A DNA stretch of 64,000 nt from Monocercomonoides exilis PA203 (lineage: Eukaryota; Protista; Preaxostyla), in contig LSRY02000018.1 in NCBI GenBank assembly GCA_001643675.2, positions 806,001 to 870,000 on the forward strand, read 5' to 3'. The position numbers and the translations under genes were made by a program. Positions 24,257-36,521 of this stretch are shown piece after piece. The notes beneath the pieces are model-generated. The model searched no databases and had not been told where the DNA came from. It saw only the letters and a program-made list of their open reading frames with translations. Numbering within the stretch: the first letter of the stretch is position 1; each line of letters opens with the position of its first letter.

Positions 24257-27200
24257 TCAACACATCTCTTCCTTTTCTTTTCTTTCATCGTTGCACTTCT
24301 TGCCTGCCTCTTCCTCTTCCGCTTCCTTCTCTGTGCCACTCCTCTCTTCTCTCACACAGCTCGATCCCTCAACATAGCAAATTGCATCTGACATCGTCAT
24401 CACTGCTGCACCTCCAACAAAATGCTGGAATGTCTCCCGCTTTATCTCCTCCAAGGAAGGCCGATTCCCTCCTGCCTCAGACAGACACCTCCCAATCAGC
24501 TGCTTAAGCGACGACTCAGACACTCTCGAAATATCTGGCCTCTGTCCATCTCTGATCTTCTCTCCTGCTATCACAGCTTCATACTCCCCAAATGGAATCT
24601 CCAGTGCCAGGCACTCCCACAGCATCATTCCAATCGAGAATGAAACAGACTTCTTTGTTGCTCCCATCTTCCTATTCATCAACAATTCTGGCGCCATCCA
24701 TCGCAGACATTCCTTTTTGTAATCGTTCTCATCTTCAAATGCCGATGAAGGAGGCGGTGAGTCGGTGAATCTCTCACTCATAATTGAAATGTTTGACGAA
24801 GAGGAAACAATGGTTATCGAAGACAAGGAAGATGAATCAGAATCGTCGGATGAAAGGAAATCAGAATGCATCACAATGCAGATCACCATGTGCTCAGAGA
24901 ACAACACAATGTGAGGACTCAGATTGGCCAATGATTGAAGCTTGTTTTCCATTTCATCAAAAGAGTGAAGAGCGAGATTGGCCACCCAGAACAGGATCTG
25001 GGAAGCTGTTTGCTCCCTCTCTTGGAGACTTCCGATCGCCATTTCTTTCTTCTCATTTCTTCCATGAAGCAACATAAACAACGAATCTCTCAGATCCACA
25101 ATCAGCTTCTCATGGGGTGATGAGCAGGCCATTGCATCCACCAGATTCGACATCGATGAGGTGGTTGGACACAGACTCTCCGATCGAACAAATGTTGAAT
25201 CTGAATCAGTTGTTGAAGTGGATGAAATGGAAGGTGAAGGAGTCTGCTTTCGAATTTCCTCTTCCTCATCTTCAACCTTCTTCAACATCCACTCAGGAAT
25301 ATTGTCTGAGTCTTTCCCCAATATGTATTCAGTCGATCCACTCTCAGCCAGCAAATGCTCAGATGACTCTGAATGCTGAAGGCTTTTCGCATATACCCTC
25401 TTCTTGATCCTCTCTTCATTATTCTTCTCTGCCTCTCTCTCCGCTCTCCTCCACTGCTCCTCAGGCGACATCTCCATCGTCACCATCTCGATCAGTTTCG
25501 GATCCTTTTTGACTGTGTCATTCACAATCTCTCTCAGATCTTTATTCTCATTCTTTGCTTTCCTCCATCGAACAATGAATATAATTGAAACAATCAGAAC
25601 AATCAATAAAATCACAATCAATGTTACAATCACAATCAATGCCCATGACCACTTCCCTTCTTTTCCACTTTCAACTATCCTTTCATCTCCTTTTGGTGGA
25701 GTGATGCTCGCATTTTTCAAAATAAATGAGTTTGTTGAAGATGGAGAATTTGAATTTCCAAACAAAATGCACACACTCACTTCGATTTCATCTCCACAAC
25801 TGCTGATGAGATCTTTCCCCACACGTCCTTCAACTTCTCTTTCTGACAAAAAGCCGCTTGAATCAAAATCATAATGTTCAATCTCTTTCTCTTCTCCTTT
25901 TCTCTTCACAACTGAGAATGACAGATTGCATGGAACAAGAAGCAACCCTTTGAATGTCAGCTTCATTCGATTTGTCTCTTCTTTTGCTTCCACACTCTCC
26001 AACATAGGAATGAAAAATGATGAATCCCTTTCTGAAGCAATCCCTTCAAAACTGCACCCTTCATTCAACATCCAAAGTGATGTGTTATCTTTCACTCCAT
26101 CACCTCCTTTCAAACTCATCACATTCAATGTTCCTGAGTCTGAACAGATGATGTTTCTTCTCAGCGATGGAAATCCTTCAATTGAGGGATTGTTATTCTC
26201 AAATCTTCCATCATTAACGGCCAATGCCCCTCCACTAATTGTTATTCCACCATCTGGTGAATTCGAGATTGCTGTATCTTTCATCATCACAGAACTCTTC
26301 ACAACATCCACAAGAGATCCATCCCATCTGCACATCTCTTCTTCTGCATTCAAATTCTTCTCATTTCTTTCTTTTGAGCTTCCATCAAAAACACAACTGT
26401 CCATTTTCACATGAAAACAATTCTCCAATTTCATCAATTTTCCTTTTTCTTTGTTTGAACTGACTCCACCCGTTGTGCAATTTGTCAATTGAATTGTCTT
26501 TTTCATTGAAGAACAAGATATTAATGTTTCTTCATCTCCTTCAACTGTGATATTTTCTGCATTTAATCTGTCCATATTCAATTGCCCACATTCAAAAATT
26601 TCTATAAGTGAATGAGAAACTGTTGAATTGAATATTTCAAACAAGTAAATCACAGACGGAAGTGGTGATGAAAGATGCAATGCAGATTCTTGAAGAATGA
26701 GATTTGATAATGTGCATTCCATAAGTTGTAATTCCCCTTTTTCCATATTATAAATGTGAAAAGGAATGTTTGCGAATGCTGCATTTCCTTCTTCATTTGA
26801 TTGTTTTGAGCTGAATGAACAGTTCATTATCTCAAGAATCCCTCCATCCGGAGAGATTAATGATTCATGTGAAGAGATGAAATTTGTATCAAACACAAAG
26901 TTCACTCTCAGCGATGAAACTGTTCCAGTTGTTGTTATCAAAGCATCCTTTGTTTTTTCAATGCTCGATTTCACTTCAACTTCACATAAATCTCTGTTCT
27001 TCGAACTCAAACTCATCTCTTCCAGATTTATTTCTCTTCCAATCACACTCTTTTCAACAACAATCATTTGACTAATGAAATCTGAAGTCAAATGCATCAG
27101 TCCATAGTCAATTGAATAACATGGAAGTGTATTTGTTCCGCATTGCCTCTCATCTGATCCATAAGCATTGCTCGCAATGATTGTGTCGCTCTGATGGATC

Positions 27201-30200
27201 GTTATAAATTCAATCAGATTCGTATCATCCTTATATTCACACTCATCTCTTCCATATATCGCATTAATTCGTGAATAATGATTCTCTCGAAGATCAAGTC
27301 GAAATTGCCTTTCATTGATCTGCGATGTGATGTTGAAGCATTCAATGAAAATATCATTCCCCACACTTGCTGTGTTTGCACTGAACTTCATTCCCACAAA
27401 TGTGAAATTCAAATCCCCTCTTTCCTTTGTTCCCAGATACACCCCACCTCCTTTCCCATTGGTGCAGCTGCATTGACTGACTTCGGACTTAATCATCTTC
27501 ATTGATCCTGACTTTCCCAATGTGAAAAATATTGCCCCTCCTTTTTCACTCATTTCTGCTTTGTCTTCTGTGATGTTGCTCTCATTCACAACCAAACAAA
27601 TCTTTTTCTCACTTGTAGATTCCAAAATGCTTGGTCCATTGTCACTTCTCTTCACTCCCGAAAATGATGAATTATCAATGTTGAGACTCATTTCCTCTCC
27701 TCCTTCATTTATCTTTGTTGTTAATCCAGTTCCTTTGATCAGAAGAAGACATCTTCCACTTTCATTCAACGATTCCACTCGAACATTCACAAAATGACAA
27801 GAAACTTCAGAATCATGAATAACAAAAATACTGTTTCCAACATTGCATGAATTCATTGACAAATCATTCACATCCACACTTCCGCCAATCACATCCACAA
27901 ATTCACAATTAAATCCACTGTTCACCCCAGCTTCTGGATGGAATGAACATTCAGTTATTATCAATTCACCACCTCTGTTTGAAATTATTGTTTTGGCTGA
28001 ATTGTCAAATCCTCGTGTTAATTGGAGCTGGATGTTGGACAATTCAAGATGATGATCATTTCGAATAAAATATTCCAGTTGACTTCCAATTGCCTTTTCA
28101 AAATTCAATATTGCTTTCACATTTTCTTCTCCCATCTTTACACTCTTTTTGATCTGATAATTGGACATGTTGAATGAATCTCGAATAATTGTTGGACCTG
28201 ATATCTGAATTGTTTTCTTTCCAATCTCCTTTTTCATATTTTCCATCCCTTTCCACATCGTTTGGCATGGCTCTTCCTCACTTCCACAACGCTCCACATC
28301 ATATCCTTCGGATGAGATAAATATCTCAATTGAGCTGAATGGAATCAGAAACATGAACAGATCTTTGTTTGAATGAAAATCATCACTCCCAACAAACAAT
28401 GTTTGATCATTCATCATTGATGAATAATCGAAATTGAATGAGTCATTTGTCACAGAAGAATTAAAATCCTTTCCAAAAATGAACATGTTCTTTCCATATT
28501 CTGCTTTATTCTGATCAAATATCAAATTTCCTGACAACTCAAACTTTGTATCCGCATCTGCCAAAGAAAGCATCATCCCTCCTCCTTTCCCTTCTCTTCC
28601 ACTCGTTGAGGGTGCACAGCACTTTTCAAATCTTGTTGATGAGACATACAGCTCAGAAGGATTCTCCAACAAAACTGACAGTCCTCCCCCTCCTTTTCCG
28701 TTCTCACTCACTTTGCATATCATAAATGTGCAATTCTCAACCCTTATTGTTCCTTTCGTTCCATCATCATCAGGACTCACACAAAGGCTTCCACCATTTC
28801 CTGCTCCCCTCGTGATGTTCTCAAATGAGGTGTTCTTCAATGTGATTGTTAAACTCTTCTCAATATGAATTGCTCCGCAACTCGGCAGATCACAATTTGT
28901 GATCGAGCAATTCTGAATTGTGGCTGAACTGCTTGTGGCGATCTCAATCAATCCACTCACTCCATCCGTGCCTGTCTGATTCATAATCACCTCATCCATC
29001 AGACACTCACAACTCCCATTCACAACAATCACACTTCCCACAAATCTCACTTCTCCCACACCCCCTCCACAGCTCATCCGGATAATCTCCACTTTCCCTC
29101 CACTCGCACTTACAAACGCATAATTCACAGAATTCACTCCACTCCCCATCTTTATTCCACAATCAGCAAATCTCAATGTGCCTCTTGAAGAATGAACAAA
29201 TGATAATCGCTCTCCAATCGATCTTCCCAATTCAAACAATATCCCCATCAATGTTGATGAAACACTGTTCATCACCAATGCTTCTTGTGTTTTTGTTCCT
29301 GTTCCTCCAACTTTCAATCCAACATCTTTGTTGCTCGAATCAATTTCATATGACTGTTCATCCAACTCCACTTCTTCATCAAATGAAAATGTGCTTGTCA
29401 GTCTGATCATTCTCTTTGAACTCAGATACCGATATTCACTCGCTTTTTCAATTGTTCTGCATGGGAAATCTTCATATCCACACAGTCTGAATTCACTTCC
29501 TTGTTCTCTCCCACTCACATATGCTGGCGATGAAAATGTCCGAAGAAACACAACAAGTGGAACAATCACATCTGCCTTGCCTCTTTCTCTTCCACTGAGT
29601 TCACTCAAATCTGCAACATTGATTCCAACTTCTGGATTGAATCCAAGTGAAGTGCTGTTGATGACAGCTGACAAATCCTGTGCTTCCACAAACACATTCT
29701 TCCCTCCCAATGTTGCAGCACAACCAGCAAAACTCACTGTTGTGATCTCAAAGTCAAATGAGTCATCAGCCAGATTCAGCATCACCCCTCCTCCATATCC
29801 ACTGCATTTGCACTGATTAAACGAAGTTGTCCCTCCACTGTGTGATATTGAATCTCCAATCAGAACCTTGCTTGCTGATGATAATAGTTCCACTTTGATT
29901 CCTCCTCCATTTCCATTCACACACTCACATCCTTCCATTGTTGTGTTCCACACCTCAAATGTCTCTCCTCCCTTCACACTCTTTGCCATCACCACTCCAT
30001 CTCCTTCTGTTGTCCGATTCACATTCCGAATTGTCACATTCCCCAGCAAACTCTCTCCTGATAAAGATCCTGCTGATGATGGCTCTGCGAACAGAGGTTG
30101 ACTCATTTTCATATTTTTTATCTCAACATTTCTCATCCTCAACTGAAACAGTGCCATCACAAATATCGATGCTGATATTTCTCTTCCTCCATTAACACTT

Positions 30201-32455
30201 GACAAGATCAGTACATCTTCCAATGAAAGAGTCCCACTTCCCACAGACACCACAAACACACTCGGTGAAGAATCTCTTGTCACGTTGTGATCGATTCCCA
30301 CATGTACCACCTCCAGCTGCCCGCTTGCCACAGTGAACAGAGTTGTTGAAGATGAAGAAAGTGAATTCGTCCCAATCACGCTCATGTCCTTCCCTCTCCC
30401 AACAATCGAAATCTTCTTTTCCCCAACGTTGATTGTCTTCTCTTCGCTTTGATGATTCCCGCTCAGTACTGTGATTGTCGAGCTCAGTTGTGAAATGCTT
30501 CCCCACGTGGCATATCCCACCGTTTTGCATGGAGCTGCCTCGCTCATCCCACATATGCAGCTCGAGTCATCTCCATTTTCCCCAACAAATCGATCCTTCT
30601 TTCCTTCCTTCAACCACCACTTCTTTTCAATATGTTGATACTTTAAACCACTTGTGTCATGTGCATAGCACACTCTATTCTCATCAGCATTCGTTGAATA
30701 CGATTCATAGAATGGATTGTTCGAAGACAAATAAAGATTGTGGCGATCATCAAACATCAGATCATGTCCATGTGGAGTGGAATCACTGCAAATGCAATCA
30801 TGAAAAAAGAGAAAATAACAATAAAGATTGAAACTTGGAGCTATCGGTTGATACGGTCTGAAAAAAAATCCTCCTCCCCTTGTTGATGCAGAACATGAGA
30901 AAAATTGAATATTTCTCATTTTGAATTGATTGGGAACAGTTATACAGTACATTCCTCCACCATGAGAATTTGTAACTGTGCATGAATCAAAACTGCAGTC
31001 AAACACGCACGCACTTTCCTCTCCTCCATTTTCAGTTCCAATACATCCTGCTCCTGAAACATTAAAATTGTCAAGATCAACACCTCCTCCATAACTGCTT
31101 GCTTTACAACCCTGGAATTCACATCCACTGATTCTGATACAATGTGAAATTGTGAAAATACTCATTCCTCCTCCAGCCCAATCTTGCGTTGAGCATGATT
31201 CGAATGTATTGTTCTCAATCTCAACGATTTTGATTTTCGCACATAATATTCCACCTCCACTCCAATAAGCAAAACAGTTGTTGAATGCACAATGCGATAT
31301 TGAAACAGTTGCGGATGACTGATCATACATGAAAATCGCACCACCATTTGAGGCCCCATCGGTGTGAGTATTATTTGTTCCTGATGCCTTCGATCCATTC
31401 CATTCACACCAAATGAATGTATTTTGCCCATTTGTTGAATCGTTCTGTTTCTCTGGATGTTTCTTCTTATCCTCGGTTCCAATGCATTCAACATTCCTTG
31501 TCCGGCAACATCCAATGAATGAGGAATTTGAGACAGTCAAAGAAGAAAAAGGGTTGTTAAGTGAGGGAACAATCCCACCATCATACACATCGCAGACTGA
31601 TGAGAATGAGCAGCTACTCATAAAGCATGTGGTTTGGGAAAATGAAGTGGATGAAGATAAACAATCTGAAGTCGCTGTTGAAATGTTGAAAAAAGAAAGT
31701 TTGGAGAGAGAAACAAGAGGAATAGAATGTGATGAGATGAATGGTGCTGAGGAAACACAAAAAGAAGAGAAATGAGAAGAACTCACAGAAACAACACATT
31801 TCCCAGAATATTTCCCTTCCAAGGCTTTCGTAGAAAACAGAGAAGGAAATGTCTGCAAAAATGTGGTTGAAGACGATCTGAGTGAAATGTTTGTAAACAG
31901 CCCACAACTTCCACTCAAGCGAAACGGAGATGTTTCATTCATTGGCACAACTTCGCAATCATTCAATTCAACATGGCTCCCATGTCCTGCTTTGATAATA
32001 TTTTCCCCATCATTTTGCCTCAGCCCCAATGATTCGAGTTTCATCGATGAATTATGAAGAATCAAACATCCTTCAACCTCACTTTCTCCAAAATATCTTC
32101 CTTTCCCCCATATTTTTTGCTCTTCACGATATTTTGAATAATTCGTTTTCTCATCTGGATTTCCTTCTTCTGTTCGGTTGTATCCTTCATTCAGCATTTT
32201 TATAAATTTTTTCATCCCTTTTTCGTGAATCTCAGCTTCTTTCGTTCCATCTTCATTTCCTTCGGCAAACACTTCACACATATATTTTTCATCATTTGCC
32301 TCATTTTGGAGCATATCTTCCCAAGGGTTCTTGAGATAAAAAATAATTCGTTCATTCGTTGATTTCTCTGCCTGCTCTGCCTCAGCACTTGTGGCACCAA
32401 TGCAAAGAAATTGCACACAAATTATGCTAATAAGCAAACGCATTCCTAACAACAT
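24257..32455 (-). CDS. 2732-aa intronless type I membrane protein: signal peptide, repeated CG-x-PC and GG-rich beta-helix-like modules, one TM helix, C-terminal kinase-like (pseudokinase) domain
   Basis: Hydrophobic signal MLLGMRLLISIICVQFLCIGA. Modules CGMSEAAPCKTV, CGYEDFPCRTI, CGSEEEPCQTM and CGTNTLPCYSI, plus GGAI/GGGV motifs. TM helix WALIVIVTLIVILLIVLIVSIIFIV followed by RWRK. C-lobe kinase motifs LRWMAPELL, FSIGMMLWECL, GQRP and NRPSLEEI. Confidence 0.9.
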   Translation of the reverse strand: MLLGMRLLISIICVQFLCIGATSAEAEQAEKSTNERIIFYLKNPWEDMLQNEANDEKYMCEVFAEGNEDGTKEAEIHEKGMKKFIKMLNEGYNRTEEGNPDEKTNYSKYREEQKIWGKGRYFGESEVEGCLILHNSSMKLESLGLRQNDGENIIKAGHGSHVELNDCEVVPMNETSPFRLSGSCGLFTNISLRSSSTTFLQTFPSLFSTKALEGKYSGKCVVSVSSSHFSSFCVSSAPFISSHSIPLVSLSKLSFFNISTATSDCLSSSTSFSQTTCFMSSCSFSSVCDVYDGGIVPSLNNPFSSLTVSNSSFIGCCRTRNVECIGTEDKKKHPEKQNDSTNGQNTFIWCEWNGSKASGTNNTHTDGASNGGAIFMYDQSSATVSISHCAFNNCFAYWSGGGILCAKIKIVEIENNTFESCSTQDWAGGGMSIFTISHCIRISGCEFQGCKASSYGGGVDLDNFNVSGAGCIGTENGGEESACVFDCSFDSCTVTNSHGGGMYCITVPNQFKMRNIQFFSCSASTRGGGFFFRPYQPIAPSFNLYCYFLFFHDCICSDSTPHGHDLMFDDRHNLYLSSNNPFYESYSTNADENRVCYAHDTSGLKYQHIEKKWWLKEGKKDRFVGENGDDSSCICGMSEAAPCKTVGYATWGSISQLSSTITVLSGNHQSEEKTINVGEKKISIVGRGKDMSVIGTNSLSSSSTTLFTVASGQLEVVHVGIDHNVTRDSSPSVFVVSVGSGTLSLEDVLILSSVNGGREISASIFVMALFQLRMRNVEIKNMKMSQPLFAEPSSAGSLSGESLLGNVTIRNVNRTTEGDGVVMAKSVKGGETFEVWNTTMEGCECVNGNGGGIKVELLSSASKVLIGDSISHSGGTTSFNQCKCSGYGGGVMLNLADDSFDFEITTVSFAGCAATLGGKNVFVEAQDLSAVINSTSLGFNPEVGINVADLSELSGRERGKADVIVPLVVFLRTFSSPAYVSGREQGSEFRLCGYEDFPCRTIEKASEYRYLSSKRMIRLTSTFSFDEEVELDEQSYEIDSSNKDVGLKVGGTGTKTQEALVMNSVSSTLMGILFELGRSIGERLSFVHSSRGTLRFADCGIKMGSGVNSVNYAFVSASGGKVEIIRMSCGGGVGEVRFVGSVIVVNGSCECLMDEVIMNQTGTDGVSGLIEIATSSSATIQNCSITNCDLPSCGAIHIEKSLTITLKNTSFENITRGAGNGGSLCVSPDDDGTKGTIRVENCTFMICKVSENGKGGGGLSVLLENPSELYVSSTRFEKCCAPSTSGREGKGGGMMLSLADADTKFELSGNLIFDQNKAEYGKNMFIFGKDFNSSVTNDSFNFDYSSMMNDQTLFVGSDDFHSNKDLFMFLIPFSSIEIFISSEGYDVERCGSEEEPCQTMWKGMENMKKEIGKKTIQISGPTIIRDSFNMSNYQIKKSVKMGEENVKAILNFEKAIGSQLEYFIRNDHHLELSNIQLQLTRGFDNSAKTIISNRGGELIITECSFHPEAGVNSGFNCEFVDVIGGSVDVNDLSMNSCNVGNSIFVIHDSEVSCHFVNVRVESLNESGRCLLLIKGTGLTTKINEGGEEMSLNIDNSSFSGVKRSDNGPSILESTSEKKICLVVNESNITEDKAEMSEKGGAIFFTLGKSGSMKMIKSEVSQCSCTNGKGGGVYLGTKERGDLNFTFVGMKFSANTASVGNDIFIECFNITSQINERQFRLDLRENHYSRINAIYGRDECEYKDDTNLIEFITIHQSDTIIASNAYGSDERQCGTNTLPCYSIDYGLMHLTSDFISQMIVVEKSVIGREINLEEMSLSSKNRDLCEVEVKSSIEKTKDALITTTGTVSSLRVNFVFDTNFISSHESLISPDGGILEIMNCSFSSKQSNEEGNAAFANIPFHIYNMEKGELQLMECTLSNLILQESALHLSSPLPSVIYLFEIFNSTVSHSLIEIFECGQLNMDRLNAENITVEGDEETLISCSSMKKTIQLTNCTTGGVSSNKEKGKLMKLENCFHVKMDSCVFDGSSKERNEKNLNAEEEMCRWDGSLVDVVKSSVMMKDTAISNSPDGGITISGGALAVNDGRFENNNPSIEGFPSLRRNIICSDSGTLNVMSLKGGDGVKDNTSLWMLNEGCSFEGIASERDSSFFIPMLESVEAKEETNRMKLTFKGLLLVPCNLSFSVVKRKGEEKEIEHYDFDSSGFLSEREVEGRVGKDLISSCGDEIEVSVCILFGNSNSPSSTNSFILKNASITPPKGDERIVESGKEGKWSWALIVIVTLIVILLIVLIVSIIFIVRWRKAKNENKDLREIVNDTVKKDPKLIEMVTMEMSPEEQWRRAEREAEKNNEERIKKRVYAKSLQHSESSEHLLAESGSTEYILGKDSDNIPEWMLKKVEDEEEEIRKQTPSPSISSTSTTDSDSTFVRSESLCPTTSSMSNLVDAMACSSPHEKLIVDLRDSLFMLLHGRNEKKEMAIGSLQEREQTASQILFWVANLALHSFDEMENKLQSLANLSPHIVLFSEHMVICIVMHSDFLSSDDSDSSSLSSITIVSSSSNISIMSERFTDSPPPSSAFEDENDYKKECLRWMAPELLMNRKMGATKKSVSFSIGMMLWECLALEIPFGEYEAVIAGEKIRDGQRPDISRVSESSLKQLIGRCLSEAGGNRPSLEEIKRETFQHFVGGAAVMTMSDAICYVEGSSCVREERSGTEKEAEEEEAGKKCNDERKEKEEMC

Positions 32456-33855
32456 GGATACGAATCCCCACGAAGAATGATGATTTATTTTTTTTTCCTG
32501 TATTAGTTTTTTTAATTATGGGCACAAATCAACAAAAAAAATATTTCTTTTTTTCTTTTTTTTTTGTTCTTGGAGATATTGTATTCGCTATTTATTTTTT
32601 TTTTATCAATTGTGATTGGTTTTTGATGTATTTTGATTTCTTATTTGTTCGATCCTGAGAATAATACAAAATGAATTGTTCGAAATAATTGACATTTTGA
32701 TTTTTTTGTTTTCTCATTGAGAAATGTGATGAAATTCAGCTGAGATGCAATAGAATTTTATTCAAAGCGTATGATTCAGATGAACAAATTTCTTTGAAAA
32801 CAATAGTCCGAAATTCATTTTTTTTTTTAAAACTTTCATTTGTTAAATGAGCAAAAAAGGTTTGAATGACATGAATGATGTATCGTTAATTCATATTCTT
32901 GTTTTTTGGTGTTTGCGTGATTTTTTTGAAGTTCTTTATTGTCATCATCAGATCCATTGAGTTTTATATGAAATTGATATTTGTTGATTGATATTTTGGA
33001 TGAAATGGATATTCTTGTTCAAAGAAATGGAGTTTGTTCTTTCTTTTAATTAATGGAGTGATGTGGGATATTTCATTCCTTTTTTGATTTATTTTGTGTT
33101 TTTGTCTGAAAGATACACAACTTTTATCGTTTGAGAGTTTTCAAATGGATGAAATGGCTGAAAAAGAGAGAATTTTTTGAAAGGCTTTGACATTTCAGTT
33201 ATGGATATATTTTTCATTAAATATGAGACTATCGTCTGTTTGATTTGAATATTTCATCTTTTTTCGAAATTTTTTAAATTGTGATTTCACAATCTTATTT
33301 TATCTTCATGTTCTTTTCAGGGCAATGGAAGTTCAGATGCAAAAGCCAAAGGTTTTTTATTTATATTGACAGATTTCTGTTTGGTTGAAGATTTTTTTAT
33401 ATCTGGTAGAAAGGCAAAGAATAATTGAAGAACAGAGAAAGACTTTTGAAGAAAAGAGATTGTGATCAGCCTTGGAAAACAAAATGTGAAAATAATACAC
33501 AAAAGGGCATAATCATATTGAAGAACAATTATTTATTTCATGCAGTGCTTGAGGATTGTATTGAATGGTTGAGACAATTCTGAGTGGGAATGGAATTGAT
33601 GTTGATGATGATTGAAGAAGGGAACAGGCAACAGCATTGCTTGGAAGTGAAGAGATAGATAAGAGGGGAAAAAAGATCGATTTGGCAGAGAAAGAAGGAA
33701 TTGAAGAAAAAGTGAAGATATGAGTGGGTTTGTTGATTTGTGAATGCGACAAAGTTCTTCTGGAAACGAAAAGAGGAAATCATTGGACAACTGAAGTTTT
33801 TCTTCTTCAAACATCACGTTCTTTTTCTCATTGAATCTTCATCAACTCCATCAAC

Positions 33856-36521
33856 TTGGCAAGAAAAACCTCAAATTCCTCTTCTTCTTCTTCTTCAACA
33901 GAATGCAGAAAACAACAAGAACCATTCAATCGTCCATCAGTGCCTTTTGGATACCCTCCATTTTACCCATTTCTTTTCCCTCCTCCATTTTTGCCTTCAC
34001 CTCCGCAGCAGCAGCATGCACAGCAAAATGAATCGAAGAAGACACAGAAATCTACAAACATTGAAGAAAAAGAAGAAGAAGGAGAAGAAGGAATGAGTTC
34101 ATTGAATGGAAAAGGAAAAGCTACATGTGATTTGCTGGGACAAGAGCACATTTCAAAGCAGCAGAAGAATCCAAAAGATAGGAAAGTTGACAATTCCAAA
34201 AATGATGGGACGAAACAGACAAGAAGGGAAGGCAACATCGAAGATGAATTGGTTGCAGAGCTGAAAGATGATTCAACAGAAGAAAAAGAAGACTGCGATG
34301 AAGGGGGAGGAGAAGTGAAAGAGAATGAGATTGATAAGTTTTTTCCCTGTGAAAATGAGGAAGAAACTCAAAATGAAAATGAAAATGAAATGCAACATGA
34401 GACATCAGAAAACGAGGAAGAATTTCGAGGTGAAGATGAAACAGATAGAACAAAAGAAAAAGAAGAAGAAGAAGAAGAATTCCAAGAGGGAAAACAAAAG
34501 TCAACAGAAAAGAAGACATTTGTGTTTGGATTTGACAGCCAGTTGGGAGAAAGGATGGCATTTGATGACAGACTGGAAGAGGAAAGAAGATGGAAAGAGG
34601 AGAAAGACAGGCTGGGTGAGGCAGGCACGAGTGAAGCAACAGACTTTTCACAGAAACAACAGAAACAGGGAGATTTCGATGAAAAGAGGCAGATTCCTCA
34701 ACATTCCAACAAATTTGAATCCAGAAAGAGGCAAAAAGCACCTGAAGACAGAGCCTTTGACAGAAACTCTGTGTTTTTGACATCGTATTCGCGACTTGCC
34801 TCAGCTTCGCCTTGTCTTGCCATCCCATCTGCATCTGAGAATGGCAGAGGAAAAGAAGGAAAAGAAGGGAGAAGAACAGATAATCAGGACAATAGAGATG
34901 ATATCAATCATTTTTCATCATCATCATCAGTTTCTTCTTCTTCTTCTCTCCAATCTCCCCATCTGCACAAGACACACGCATCTCCTCGCTCTTCGTTGCA
35001 TTCAGTCGAAGACCCAGTTTTGTCGATGACACTGCCTTCGCATTCAGGAAGTGAGCTTCTTCGGATGAAAGAGATGCAACAACAAACAGCTGACTCTTCC
35101 TTCACTTCCTCTTCTCCCTCCTCTTCTTCTTTCAACAGCTCTTCCATTTCGCCTCTTGAAGAAGATTCCTTTTTCAGAGCAGTCAAACATCATTCGCCTC
35201 CAGCTGATCTTTTCTTTCGCTCGCAAAAAGAGAAAGAGATCATTTCATCATCATCATCACTTCCTTCTTCTTTGGAACATCCACAAGTCCAACCTCTTTC
35301 TCAGAGATCAGCCCAATTCATTTCATCTGGTGTTGCACTTGATCATTCTGCACATTCAAACATGTTTGCGTCTTCTCCCATTGCTTTGCTGCTATCCTCC
35401 TCGATTAAAACACAGCAAAAAGCCAGTCTTTTTCCAGAAGACGACATTTCGACTCTTCTTGCAGATGGCCTTCCATCCAGATCGAATGCTGTTGGCTCGA
35501 CTGATATTTCTGATGGAGTGAGCACACCTCCTGCTTCTGCAAAAGATGACAACAATCCATCATCATCATCTTCTTCCTTCTCTTTCTCCTCTTCTTCTTT
35601 TTCTTCTTCTTCCTCTGAGAATATTCATCCGTTCATTCGGTACAGCCAAAGCACAGCCGAGCAGAGTGTTGCACAGGCACAGCAGACAGATGTGTTGGAA
35701 GACGGATGGATGCCTCTGAGCGAAAGTGCTGTGATTCGATGGAGAAAGAGAGAATGAATGGTATTTCACATGAAACCGATGAAAAGGAAGAAGAAGAAGA
35801 AAGTGATGATGACGATATTGTGTATGAGCATGCACTTGGCAGCTCTGTGGAGTTTTGTGGTTCTTCATCGCTGGCAGCGCCAGGAGCCTTTTTTGGCTCG
35901 CCTCTGAAAACACAATCGGGTTCAGGGACGAGTTCAGCGATGAGGAAGCACACAGGATGGAATGGGAGAGGAGGGGCGGGTGGAGACTGGGAAAGGGCAG
36001 AGACAAAAGGGGAGAAAGATTTTTTGCTGATTTCAGGAAAGGCGAGGATCAAGAACTCGACGAGGATTGGGAGGGAAAGAGAGAAAGAGCAAATGAATTT
36101 GAGCAGCCGAAAGAGGAACACGAAAACCAAAAGCAAAGAAAGAAGCATCAAGAAAAAGGCAAGATCTCCTTCACAGACAAAACAGGTTATTTATTTGTTC
36201 ATTTCTTTCTTTCTTTCTCTCTCTCTCTTTCAATTTTCTTTTTCTTTTTCATTTTATTTTTGAACAATTTCTTTTGAATGACAATTTTTGAATGTGTTGA
36301 AATGTGTATTTGTTTTTAATTCCATTCATTTATCAAATTATTTTCATTTTCCATGTTGTGCTTATTCTTTTGTGTGTTTTGTGCTCATTTGAAAGCAGAA
36401 GCAGTCTGTCTTGTCGGGTGCCTCTTTGGTGAGTGAAAAAGAGAAGCAAGAGCGCAAAATGGCGATTCTGCAGAAGATCTTGCAGCGAGCTTCTGAAGAG
36501 CAGGAGGGCAACGAGAGATAG
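33856..36521 (+). pseudogene. Low-complexity hypothetical gene with an apparent frameshift near 35705 and no clear 5' end
   Basis: ORF 33856-35757 overlaps ORF 35706-36263 in another frame. An intron at about 36187-36398 is followed by a last exon KQSVLSG...QEGNER* (TAG ending 36521). Upstream fragments at 33545-33720 contain stops. Confidence 0.45.
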
